A stretch of DNA of 64,000 nucleotides. Origin: an uncultured Acidobacteriota bacterium. GTDB taxonomy: Bacteria; Acidobacteriota; Thermoanaerobaculia; Thermoanaerobaculales; Sulfomarinibacteraceae. Below are positions 13,901 to 22,709 of the stretch, one piece after another. Under the pieces are notes generated by a model. That model saw only the letters and a program-made list of their open reading frames with translations. It was not told the origin of the DNA and searched no databases. The DNA lies in assembly GCA_963823445.1 (NCBI GenBank), contig CAWGLT010000016.1, positions 11,743 to 75,742 of the forward strand, read 5' to 3'. Numbering within the stretch: position 1 is the stretch's first letter; each line of letters opens with the position of its first letter. Position numbers and translations under genes: made by a program.

Positions 13901-14011
13901 GTCCCCCGGCCCGGCCGTGACCTGGAGACCGACGACGCCGAATGCCGCGGCGACGAAGAAGAGAACCATGATGATCGGAGCCGAGCGACGGGGGGTGTGC
14001 ATGTTCTGCAT
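7903..14011 (-). CDS. Bacterial alpha-2-macroglobulin (split by apparent +1 frameshift near 11950)
   Basis: Contains YTDRSVYRP (MG2), RVEEYKRPTFEV, RSNFSETAFW, thioester motif YPYECTEQ and C-terminal SMYAPEF. ORFs 11690..14011 and 7903..11925 join if one base is removed. Confidence 0.92.
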
Positions 14012-14085
14012 GGCACCAGTTTAGACACAGCCGCGCCGGATAAGTTCCACGGTGGTCGGTCCACGTCGCCTCGGCGACCCGCTCA

Positions 14086-14126
14086 TCCCGAAAGACCGCG
14101 CCGGGAACCGGCGCGGTCTTTCGGGA
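14086..14126. repeat. Perfect 19-bp inverted repeat with 3-nt loop between divergent genes
   Basis: TCCCGAAAGACCGCGCCGG-GAA-CCGGCGCGGTCTTTCGGGA. Confidence 0.85.
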
Positions 14127-14166
14127 GAACCAACGCTTCAGATGAGCGTAGAATGTCGGGAGAGTC

Positions 14167-14664
14167 ATGCGGTTTCTTCCTGCACTCCTCATCGCCCTGG
14201 TGGCGCTTCCGGTTGCCGCCGAGGACGGTTTCACCCTCGGCCTTGCCGAGATGGATTTCGCCGCGGAGACTCCCGCGGAGACACCGGAAACCGCGGTCGC
14301 CATGGCGGCCGGCGAAATCCCCCCCGAACGCGCCGAGGTTCTCGCCTTCACAGCGGCGCTCCGGCCGGTGAGCGGCAAGGAACGGGTCCAGGCCTTGTGG
14401 AACACGGACATGGCCAGGGTCCACTCCGCGCTGGCGGCGCAACACGCCATGCTCGGTCGTGAAGGCCTGGTCAACGGCGGTCGGATGGCGGGAGTCGGTC
14501 TCGGAACCGCGGGGATCGGCGACGGCGACCCCAACGGCGCGCTCGGGATGGCCCTCGGTCGCGCCAGGTGGGCCGAGATGAACGCCAATCAGAAGCTCCA
14601 GGCCGGCATCGAGGCGACGATCCTCGGCGCCCTGCTCGCCTTCATGATCTCGAACGCCGATTGA
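14167..14664 (+). CDS. Hypothetical exported protein
   Basis: Signal-peptide-like N-terminus MRFLPALLIALVALPVAA, hydrophobic C-terminus and host-like codon usage. Confidence 0.7.
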   Translation: MRFLPALLIALVALPVAAEDGFTLGLAEMDFAAETPAETPETAVAMAAGEIPPERAEVLAFTAALRPVSGKERVQALWNTDMARVHSALAAQHAMLGREGLVNGGRMAGVGLGTAGIGDGDPNGALGMALGRARWAEMNANQKLQAGIEATILGALLAFMISNAD

Positions 14665-14714
14665 CGACAACCGCAGCGCTGTGAGCCTCCGCGTCCTCCT
14701 GCTACCATTCGGCC

Positions 14715-15338
14715 GTGGTCAAACCGATCCTGATCTCGATGATCGTCGGCGCCCTCGCAGGTCTGCTCCGGGCCGTCCGGGTCGGCGACCGCGAGGCGGA
14801 GGTGGTGTTCAAGACCGCGGCGTCTCTGTTTTTCGTCGTTCTCGGCGCCACCGCATGGCGCTCCGGCGATGCCGTCGCCACCTGGCTCGTCACCGGCCTG
14901 GTCCTGTGCGCGGTGGGAGACGTGCTGCTGATCTGGGACCGCAGCTTCGACTTCGGTCTCGTGAGCTTTCTTCTCGGTCATGTCGCCTACGTGGCGGCGT
15001 TTTACGCCGCGGCGCCGATCACGGACTGGCCGCGCTGGATGCTGCTGCCCATCGCCGTGGTGAGCGCCGGCGCTCTCCGGTGGTTGTGGCCTCACCTCGG
15101 CCGCCGCTGGATCTCGGTGAGCGCCTATGTCGCGGTCATCACGATCATGGTCTGGGGCGCTCTGGCGGTGGCCGCCACGGGGATCCTCGGCCGGCTGATC
15201 GCCGTCGGCGCCGTGCTCTTTTATCTCTCCGATCTCACGGTCGCCCGCGACCGTTTCGTCAAACCCGACTTTCTCAACCGCGCCGTGGGTCTGCCGATGT
15301 ACTACGCGGCGCAGATTCTCATCGCCCTTTCGGTCTGA
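14715..15338 (+). CDS. YhhN/lysoplasmalogenase family membrane protein
   Basis: Multi-TM protein with GDVLL, GLVSFLLGHVAY, GAVLFYLSD and YYAAQ motifs. Confidence 0.88.
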   Translation: MVKPILISMIVGALAGLLRAVRVGDREAEVVFKTAASLFFVVLGATAWRSGDAVATWLVTGLVLCAVGDVLLIWDRSFDFGLVSFLLGHVAYVAAFYAAAPITDWPRWMLLPIAVVSAGALRWLWPHLGRRWISVSAYVAVITIMVWGALAVAATGILGRLIAVGAVLFYLSDLTVARDRFVKPDFLNRAVGLPMYYAAQILIALSV

Positions 15339-15353
15339 GCGGGAGCCAACACC

Positions 15354-16676
15354 ATGCGATTTCTTCGACTGCCGATTCTCTTTCTCATGCTCGCCCTGCC
15401 GGTCGCCGCCCAGTCGACCTGGGAGAGCCACACGCGGACCGGCGAGTACGCCTATGCGGTGGGCGACACGGCTCGAGCCGAGGCCGAGTTCCGCGCCGCC
15501 CTGACCATCGCGCAGAAGCTGCCGCCGCCGGATCCACGCCTCGAGAAGACCCTCGGTGACCTCGCGCGGCTCTACGAGCACGAAGGCCGGTTCGCCGAAG
15601 CCCTGCCCATGTACCAGCTCCAGGTCGCAGCCGTCGACTACCGTCTCGGCGGCGAGACGGCGGAGCTGCTCGCTCCCCTCCTCGGGCTTTCCCGCGTGGC
15701 CATGCACTCCGGGGATATTCCGGCCGCTGAGGACGCCCTCCGGCGCTTCCGCGCGGCGGCCGCCGCGACCGGCGGCGCCGACCCCGGCCAGCGCTGGGTC
15801 GCGCTCGCCATGCTCGCGCGAACCTGCACCCTTCAGGGGCGGGACGAAGAGGCCCTCGAGATCCAACGGGAGGCGATCGCGGTCCTCGACGAGGCGCACG
15901 GCCCCACCGAGATCGAACGCGCCACCGCGCTCGAGTCCCTGGCCCAGATGGAGCTCCTCCACGGCAGCGCCGACGCGGCCGAGGCCCTGCTCGTCCGCGC
16001 CGCCGAGCTGCGGGCGGCCGGTGAGGAGGGCGGCGGAGTCGCCGGCATGCTCACCGCCGCCGCCGGCACCGCCCTCGGCGCCGGCGAGATCGACGCGGCC
16101 GAGCGGCTGGCCGCGAAGGCCCGCGAGGCGGCAATCGCCGAAGGCCTCGATCTCATGCCCATCGACACCATCCTCGCCGATGCCTCGTGGATGCGGGCCC
16201 GCCGCGGGACGGACAACCTCGGCGACCTCTATCTCGGCGCCTCGCCCGGACCCGAGCTCGATGTCGCCTACGACCGGCTGATGAAGGTCCACGGCGCGGT
16301 CGATTCCGAGACCGATCCCGCCATCACCCGCGAGAATCTCGCCCGTCTCGCCCAGGTCGCCGCCCTCCGCGGGGAGGTCGAGGACGCCGCCCACTGGCAG
16401 CGTCTCTTCATCGATCTCCAACGCGAGCTCACCGGCATCGACTCCGCCGAGACCATGGCGTCTCAGGAAAACCTCGTCGGGCTCTTCACCACCGCCAACC
16501 GGATCGACAAAGCCGCGACCGCCAACGCCTGGCTCATCGCGACGCAGGAGCAGGCGTGGGGCGAGTCGAGCTCAAGGCTGCGGCCCGCCCTCGAGCGCCA
16601 GCTCGATCTCCTCACCCGGGCCGGGCTCAAGAAAGACGCCAAGGCGGTGAAGAAGCGGCTGAAACAGCTGCAATAA
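15354..16676 (+). CDS. Exported tetratricopeptide-repeat protein
   Basis: Signal peptide plus kinesin-light-chain-like TPR repeats (LGDLARLYEHEGRFAEALPMY). Confidence 0.8.
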   Translation: MRFLRLPILFLMLALPVAAQSTWESHTRTGEYAYAVGDTARAEAEFRAALTIAQKLPPPDPRLEKTLGDLARLYEHEGRFAEALPMYQLQVAAVDYRLGGETAELLAPLLGLSRVAMHSGDIPAAEDALRRFRAAAAATGGADPGQRWVALAMLARTCTLQGRDEEALEIQREAIAVLDEAHGPTEIERATALESLAQMELLHGSADAAEALLVRAAELRAAGEEGGGVAGMLTAAAGTALGAGEIDAAERLAAKAREAAIAEGLDLMPIDTILADASWMRARRGTDNLGDLYLGASPGPELDVAYDRLMKVHGAVDSETDPAITRENLARLAQVAALRGEVEDAAHWQRLFIDLQRELTGIDSAETMASQENLVGLFTTANRIDKAATANAWLIATQEQAWGESSSRLRPALERQLDLLTRAGLKKDAKAVKKRLKQLQ

Positions 16677-16842
16677 TTCTCAATTCTGAATTCTTAATTA
16701 TGAATTGCATAGCAGCGCCTCGAGCAAGGGATGCGATGCTATTCCGAATCGACTTTTGAGGCCTCGGTCTTGGAAGCCATCCCAGCGGTCCATTGAAACC
16801 GTGCGATGGAAATTTAGAATTGAGAATTCAAAATTAAGAATT
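16674..16842. repeat. AT-rich heptamer (AATTCTN) arrays arranged as inverted arms between convergent genes
   Basis: Left arm TAATTCTCAATTCTGAATTCTTAATTATGAATT; right arm AATTTAGAATTGAGAATTCAAAATTAAGAATT. Confidence 0.8.
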
Positions 16843-17613
16843 GGTCTGCAGCGTCGCCTGCAGATCCCTGAGCTTCGCCTTGATGAGCATCACGTTGTCC
16901 GGTCCCATGCGGAGGAACTGACGCTGGGCGCCGCTGAGACCCTCGAGGGACTCATCGACATAGACATAGGTCACGACCTTGGGTTTGAGAATCGGGTCGC
17001 CGCTCGGCGGGTTGACCTCGAGGAGCTCTTCGAAGGCGGCGTCGAGACGTTCCGAGAACCGGCTCCCCGGAGGAGAGATTTCGGCGTAGGCATCGTCGAT
17101 GAGGGGTTCGAGCTCGCGGTACAAGGCGGCGGCCCCCTCGGTGTCGAGGGAAACAACGATCTGGGTGGCGAGATCGTACCGGCCGTACGACTTCGGATCG
17201 ACGGTGATCACCTCACCCTTCTTCACTACCTCGAACTTGCCCTTGGGCCGCATGAAGTCGAGCTGGGTCGTCGGGCTGATGCCGTTGCCGATGTTGTCCA
17301 CCGCGGCGACGAACCGCCGAACCAGATCCTCGTTGGCGAGCCAGGCCCCGAGCTTAGGGTGGGCCGAGAGCTCGCTGACCAGCTCCCGAATGACCACGTC
17401 GGAGGTCCGGAGCGTGGTCCCCTGGAGGCGCTCGGACAGCCGTTCGGCCAGGCTCGGGGTCGGACTCGGCTCCGGCACCGGGGTCGATACCTCGGCGATC
17501 CGGTCCGCGGAGTCATCCTGCAGCCCGGGCCGGATCCAACCGAAATAGACCACGGCCACGACGACGACCAGGGCGGCAAAAACCGCAACGTATGTCTTGG
17601 TGCTCGAGTTCAT
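16834..17613 (-). CDS. DUF3014 family membrane-anchored protein
   Basis: N-terminal TM, LVRRFVAAVDNI, SYGRYD and LEGLSGAQRQFLRMGPDN motifs. Confidence 0.85.
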   Translation of the reverse strand: MNSSTKTYVAVFAALVVVVAVVYFGWIRPGLQDDSADRIAEVSTPVPEPSPTPSLAERLSERLQGTTLRTSDVVIRELVSELSAHPKLGAWLANEDLVRRFVAAVDNIGNGISPTTQLDFMRPKGKFEVVKKGEVITVDPKSYGRYDLATQIVVSLDTEGAAALYRELEPLIDDAYAEISPPGSRFSERLDAAFEELLEVNPPSGDPILKPKVVTYVYVDESLEGLSGAQRQFLRMGPDNVMLIKAKLRDLQATLQTNS

Positions 17614-17797
17614 TCTTGCCTCCCGTCAACGATCCGAATCAGAAGATCTCTTCAACTGACTATACGCGGTCTCAGCGGCGCGTGGTTCAGACTACCCGGA
17701 ATGCCACGGGAATGCGTCGTCGCCGATGAAACCTTCGTCGGGGCCGGAAAGCCATGGGTCGTGGGCTTTGGGCCGGCAAGGGCGACGACGCGACAAT

Positions 17798-17962
17798 TTG
17801 AAACACGAAGAACACGAAGGACCACCAAGGTTTCACCAAGCATCGAAATACTGACCAGGGCTCCCTCTGAACCGGAGCGCCGAACCATGCCGAAAGCGTT
17901 GCGATGAGCCAGAGATGACCTTTGTGGCTTCTTAGTGGGTCTTTGTGTTCTTTGTGTTTCAA
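17798..17962. repeat. 165-bp element with TTGAAACAC...GTGTTTCAA ends and nonamer-repeat arms (copy 1)
   Basis: TTGAAACACGAAGAACACGAAGGACCACCAAG ... CTTTGTGTTCTTTGTGTTTCAA. Confidence 0.75.
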
Positions 17963-17988
17963 ACTCGGACGTGGAGGTCCCGACAAAG

Positions 17989-20865
17989 CTAGCGCAGCTT
18001 GAACCTGGCGATGACCGGGTCGTGGTCCGAGGCTCGTGCCGAGGCGGGGAACTCGGAGTTCACGTGGATGACCTCGATCTCGGCGCCTTCGGCGAGGGCG
18101 GGGCTGACGATGATGTGATCGAGGAGCTGCGAGTTGCCCTGGAAGACATAGTTGTATCTCTCGGCCTCGGGCAGCCGTTTCACGAGGTTCACCAGGGGAT
18201 CCGCGGCGAGCTCTTCGACGGGCTTGCGAAACTCGAAGTCGTTGAGGTCACCCAGCACGACCATGCGCACCGTGGGATCCGCGTCCAAGAGGTCGTCGGC
18301 CAGACGCCGGATGAGGGCGGTCTGCGCTCCCCGTTGCTCCTCCGACCACCGCACCGGCGGCTGGCGTCGTCCGAACGGGGAGTCGTCGCCACCCTTGGAT
18401 CGGAGGTGGCAGACGACAAAGAAGAACCGCCGGCCATCGACTTCGAGCTCGACGGCGAGGGGCTTGCGGCTTTTGGAGAAAGCGGCATCCGCCGAATCGA
18501 CGAGGGCCGGGTTCGGATGGAGACGCGGTCCCGGCACCACCGTCGCGGTCCCGGCGCCGGCAAACCGGTCCTCCACCCCGGCGCGACCCGGGTCGAAGAG
18601 GAGCGCGACCCTGATGTTGGCCCCCGGTTGCCCGCCATCGGCGTTGTTCACCGGATCGATCTGACGCCAGTCGTAACGCGGACCACCGATGCCGGCCACC
18701 GCGTCCACCAGCTTGCCGAGGGTGCGCTCGGCGCTGACGACGCCGTCGTCTTCGGCTCCGGTGTCGTCCTGGATCTCCTGCAGCGCGAGGACGGTGGGGG
18801 CGCCCAGATGATGCACGATGGTCCGAGCCAGCGCCGTGAACCTGGCCTCGTCGGAACCGGCGAAGAGATTCTCGACGTTGAAGGTCGCCACGGTGACGTG
18901 GTCCGCATCGGCGAGGAGGGTCGTTGCCGCCGGCTTGACGGGTTCGCGGCCCGCGACCATCAGAGGCGCGGTGTTGAGAAGCTTGTACGCACCGTAGGAG
19001 TAGTGGAGCACGCCCTCGATCCCGCCCGACAGGCGGTCGCCGACCGTCACCGCCGGGGGGTCGTCGACCAGCCCGTCGCCGATGATGACCCTTTCAGGGT
19101 GATCGTTCTCCGGCTGGATGACCACGCCCCCCCGCCCGCTGCGCGGCCGGGAGCCGGCGCCGTGATCGGCGAGCACGACGATCTCGCCGTGGTTCGAGGT
19201 CGGACCGACGACCACCGCGTCGTCGATTCCCACGCGCATGCCCTCGAGACTCTCGTAGAAGTCGATGGCGTCGGACTCCGGCTCGAAGATCGTCAGCCCG
19301 TCGTCATCGATGATCGGTGTCGGAATCGGGCGTCCGCTTCGACCCATGACCACCGGCGGCGGCGGTTCCCGGTCGCGATCGACGATCTCGAGCCCATCGG
19401 CGACCAGGCGGGTGACCGGCAGCTCCATCCGCCACATCGGTTCTTCGACCCGGCCGCTCAGCCGAAGACCGTCGCCGACGACGACCGGCGGCAGACCGTC
19501 GAGGGCGGTCACGAAAAGCCCCTCCGAGGTCGCGGGATCGCCATCGCCCGGTGTCTGCTGGATCCAGAACGCCTGCCCCCTGCTCTGGCCGAGGATGGCG
19601 GTCACCGTGCCCTCGACCTGGCGTACGCACCGGCCGACGAGAGACGAGACATGATGGGCGCCCTGGATCTCGCCGATCGAGGCGTTCGGTCTCGCCGTCG
19701 TCGTCGCGGCGACGCCCGACACGGCGAGGACGAGCAGTTGATTGTCCTGGACATCGGGCTGGAAGTTGTTGTCCGCCACCATGACGAGGGTGGGACGGCC
19801 ATCGGCCGAGAGCGGCCCGAAGGAGAGCCCCTCGAGATTGTCGGGGTCGATTCCGAGACCCGCGAGATCGACCACGAGGCGCTTGCCGACGGGGTTCACC
19901 TCGGCCGGCATCGACTCGACACCGGTGATGTCGTCCCCGGTTGCAAGATCAGCGAGGAAGATCCGCACCGTGTTCCCGACGCCGGCCGAGAACGAACGCT
20001 CGACCACCAGCACGCGACGCTCGTCGAGGGCGAGAATCTCGGAAACACCGATGGAACGGTACGCCGTCGGCGGACGCGGCTCGTCCGGCACCGCCTCGAC
20101 CCGGTAGGCGCGTTCGGCGACGGCGCGCCGCGCAACGGGGTCGAAGACCAGCAGCCGGACGAGGGTCCCACGATCGAGGTCGGCATCGGGACCGTCCTGG
20201 ACGAGGGCGCTTTCCACCGCCGCGATGATCCGGGAACCGTCCGGGGTCACGCTCAGACCTTCGAACCCGTGGTTGGACCTCACCCCCCGGCCATCGGCGG
20301 GAAGATAGGCCGATGGGATCTCGAGCTCGTGGAGCATGAACCCATCGAGGCGAAAGGCAATGATCCGAGGCGGAACCGATCGGTACGCCTCGCCCTCGGT
20401 GGCGACCCACAGAGTGCCGTTTCGAGCCAGGGCAACCGCCTCGGGGTCGAGGTCTCCGTCGGCAAAGGCCCGACCACGCTCGTCGCGCAGGGTGATGACC
20501 TCGAGCGGTCGGACACCCGGTCCGTCGAGTTCGAGCTCGAGGGCGTAGACCCGGGGTGGGGCGAGATGGCCCCGGTCGTCGCTGAGCGCATAGAAGAGAC
20601 CGCACTCCGGGTCATAGGTCAGACCCGAGAGCCCACCGAGGGGGACCTTTGCATCGACCAGGTCAACCGGCAGTTCGATCTCGGCGACGACGGACGCGAC
20701 GCTCACATCGAACGCAGGTGCGGGCGCCGCCGAGATCAGCGCGACGAAGAGAACGACCGGGCGTGCGCGCCTCAGGGCGAAATGTCCGTTACTCGAGGGC
20801 GTGCTCGAGCTCGTCGAGCACAGCCTGCTCGGCCTTGGAGATCGCACCCAGTCCGAGGAAACCAC
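17989..20865 (-). CDS. Esterase-like-phytase domain fused to OB-fold and endonuclease/exonuclease/phosphatase (EEP) domain; true start probably near 20775
   Basis: Phytase-like motifs GGLSGL, ALSDDRG, DPEAV, NHGFEGL and DNLEGL...DNNF. Nuclease motifs IGEIQG, ESLEGMRV, ATFNVENL, ALQEI, GDLND and SDHDP. Confidence 0.87.
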   Translation of the reverse strand: MVSSDWVRSPRPSRLCSTSSSTPSSNGHFALRRARPVVLFVALISAAPAPAFDVSVASVVAEIELPVDLVDAKVPLGGLSGLTYDPECGLFYALSDDRGHLAPPRVYALELELDGPGVRPLEVITLRDERGRAFADGDLDPEAVALARNGTLWVATEGEAYRSVPPRIIAFRLDGFMLHELEIPSAYLPADGRGVRSNHGFEGLSVTPDGSRIIAAVESALVQDGPDADLDRGTLVRLLVFDPVARRAVAERAYRVEAVPDEPRPPTAYRSIGVSEILALDERRVLVVERSFSAGVGNTVRIFLADLATGDDITGVESMPAEVNPVGKRLVVDLAGLGIDPDNLEGLSFGPLSADGRPTLVMVADNNFQPDVQDNQLLVLAVSGVAATTTARPNASIGEIQGAHHVSSLVGRCVRQVEGTVTAILGQSRGQAFWIQQTPGDGDPATSEGLFVTALDGLPPVVVGDGLRLSGRVEEPMWRMELPVTRLVADGLEIVDRDREPPPPVVMGRSGRPIPTPIIDDDGLTIFEPESDAIDFYESLEGMRVGIDDAVVVGPTSNHGEIVVLADHGAGSRPRSGRGGVVIQPENDHPERVIIGDGLVDDPPAVTVGDRLSGGIEGVLHYSYGAYKLLNTAPLMVAGREPVKPAATTLLADADHVTVATFNVENLFAGSDEARFTALARTIVHHLGAPTVLALQEIQDDTGAEDDGVVSAERTLGKLVDAVAGIGGPRYDWRQIDPVNNADGGQPGANIRVALLFDPGRAGVEDRFAGAGTATVVPGPRLHPNPALVDSADAAFSKSRKPLAVELEVDGRRFFFVVCHLRSKGGDDSPFGRRQPPVRWSEEQRGAQTALIRRLADDLLDADPTVRMVVLGDLNDFEFRKPVEELAADPLVNLVKRLPEAERYNYVFQGNSQLLDHIIVSPALAEGAEIEVIHVNSEFPASARASDHDPVIARFKLR

Positions 20866-21364
20866 CCGCCGCCTTGGCGATGGCCGTGGTCCTCGTCATC
20901 AACCGCTCTCTGAGCTCGTTGCCGACCACCGAATCGAGGCGCTCCTCGATGGCGTGGGCGTACTCCTTCCAGGTGGCGAGGAGATCCGGGCCCGGTTTGG
21001 TCTTGAGCCAGTTTTCGAGCAGCTCGTGGTTCGCCGATCCCGGTTCGATGCCGCCCTCTTCCGCCGCCTTGATGATGGCCTCGCGCTCCTTGTCCTGGAT
21101 CTCGCCGTCGGCCCAGGCGACGGCGACCAGGGGCACGAGGCTCAGCGCGGCCATGGCGCTCGCTTCGATCTCGAGCTCGATGAGGGCGTCGATGAGCGCT
21201 TCGCTCTTGATGTTCGCTTCTTTGAAAGCCCGCCGTTTGGCCTCCACGGCCTCCGCTTTTTTCATCTTCTCCAGGAGCCGGGCGTTCTCCTTGGCGAAGA
21301 ACGAATCCTCGAGGGCTTTTCCTGATTGTCTCAGACCGGTCGCGTCCGGACGCTGCATGCTCAT
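20789..21364 (-). CDS. TerB-like domain hypothetical protein
   Basis: VPLVAVAWADGEIQDKERE motif and AKAAGGFLGLGAISKAE; GGAGAG RBS upstream. Confidence 0.75.
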   Translation of the reverse strand: MSMQRPDATGLRQSGKALEDSFFAKENARLLEKMKKAEAVEAKRRAFKEANIKSEALIDALIELEIEASAMAALSLVPLVAVAWADGEIQDKEREAIIKAAEEGGIEPGSANHELLENWLKTKPGPDLLATWKEYAHAIEERLDSVVGNELRERLMTRTTAIAKAAGGFLGLGAISKAEQAVLDELEHALE

Positions 21365-21541
21365 GTGGCTCTCTCCTTCAAAAATAAGGCGTCATAGGGT
21401 CGGTCTCGCCGCCGTTGTGAATTATGCCACAACCGATGCTCGGATAGCGGACGGTCGGGCCGGCCCTCATCCGGGCATCTTCCCCATTGACAAAACAGCC
21501 GTCGAGGTCGTCACGAGACCTGAAACCAAGATCTCACCCCG

Positions 21542-22489
21542 TTATTCGGATCGCTGGGTTTCACGGATGTGGGCGTAGTTGAGTACCGCAACAAAGAGAC
21601 TGCCCCCAATGAGATTGCCGGCGAGGGCCAACCCGATGAAACGCGCGGACTGGCCGAGATTGAACTCGGGCGACGCGAAAAGCGCGGCGAAGATCTCCAC
21701 CGACCCGGCGATGGAGTGGTGCAGCCCACCCATCCCGATCAGAAAGGTCACGATGAAGATGGACACGATCTGGCTCATCCCGCCGGGAGTGGCCAGAACC
21801 AGCCAGGCGCCCAACGCCATCAACCATCCGGCGAGGATGGCGCTGACGACGAGCGCCGAAGACGTCGGCTGTACCAGATGACGACCGATCTCGATATAAC
21901 CCGCTCGGGCGCCGATGACCGGCTCGGCCAGGGTGAGGAGCCCGGCGCTCATCGTCGCGCCGATGAGGTTGCCGACGATCACGATGCACCACAGGCGCAA
22001 CAGCTTCACGACCCCCGCTTTGCGATCGAGAACGGGATAGACCGCCGTCGCGGTGTGCTCGGTGAAGAGCTCCGCGCCGCTCATCAGGCAGATCACGAAA
22101 CCCAGGGGATAGACCAGCGAGACGAGCATGCGGCTCAGCGCCGCCGAGAAATTGAACGGCTCGACGGTCACGGTGGCGACGCCGACCGCCATGGCCGTGA
22201 AACCGAGAATCAGTCCGGCGGCGATGGATGAGAGACCGAGCGACATCGCCGGCCTATTGAGCTGCTCGAGCCCCTCCTTGATGGCGGCGACGAGCACGTC
22301 GTCCGGGTGCCGCTTGTGCTCATCCGTGCGCTTGATGATGACCGGAACGAAGCTCCGGTCTTCCTCGATACGCTCGGCCTTGCGTTTCTGGCGGGTCTCC
22401 ACACTGTCGTCGAGCGAGCCGATTCCGCCCCCTCTATTCACGGCGTCCGGCCCGGCCACGCCGTCGTCCCGACACTCGTCGTTCTTCAT
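21542..22489 (-). CDS. Formate/nitrite transporter family protein (YfdC-like)
   Basis: ELFTEHT, GNLIG, LAGWLMAL and HHSIAGSVE motifs; GGAGAG RBS before ATG at 22489 (the ORF can extend to 22567). Confidence 0.9.
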   Translation of the reverse strand: MKNDECRDDGVAGPDAVNRGGGIGSLDDSVETRQKRKAERIEEDRSFVPVIIKRTDEHKRHPDDVLVAAIKEGLEQLNRPAMSLGLSSIAAGLILGFTAMAVGVATVTVEPFNFSAALSRMLVSLVYPLGFVICLMSGAELFTEHTATAVYPVLDRKAGVVKLLRLWCIVIVGNLIGATMSAGLLTLAEPVIGARAGYIEIGRHLVQPTSSALVVSAILAGWLMALGAWLVLATPGGMSQIVSIFIVTFLIGMGGLHHSIAGSVEIFAALFASPEFNLGQSARFIGLALAGNLIGGSLFVAVLNYAHIRETQRSE

Positions 22490-22709
22490 GTGTGCTCTCC
22501 CTGAAGGGTTTCCACGTTCCACGATTGATCTGTCTTCGGTCCCATCATGGCAGGTCGTTTCATTCAATCGGTTTTGACACCCGGATCATTCCGCCGAGGG
22601 ATCGGCCCCCTGCGGCCCCACTCAGCCGTGAAGGGGCCGCGGACTGGCGCCCCCGGCTCCTTCCACGTAGAATGCGCCCTCGTCGGCGCCTGCCGACCCG
22701 GGAGATAGG

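Noticed and set aside
22570-22709. T-box or attenuator upstream of leuS
   Set aside because: The leader is short and divergent from the FNT gene, with only one GC hairpin and no T-box consensus.
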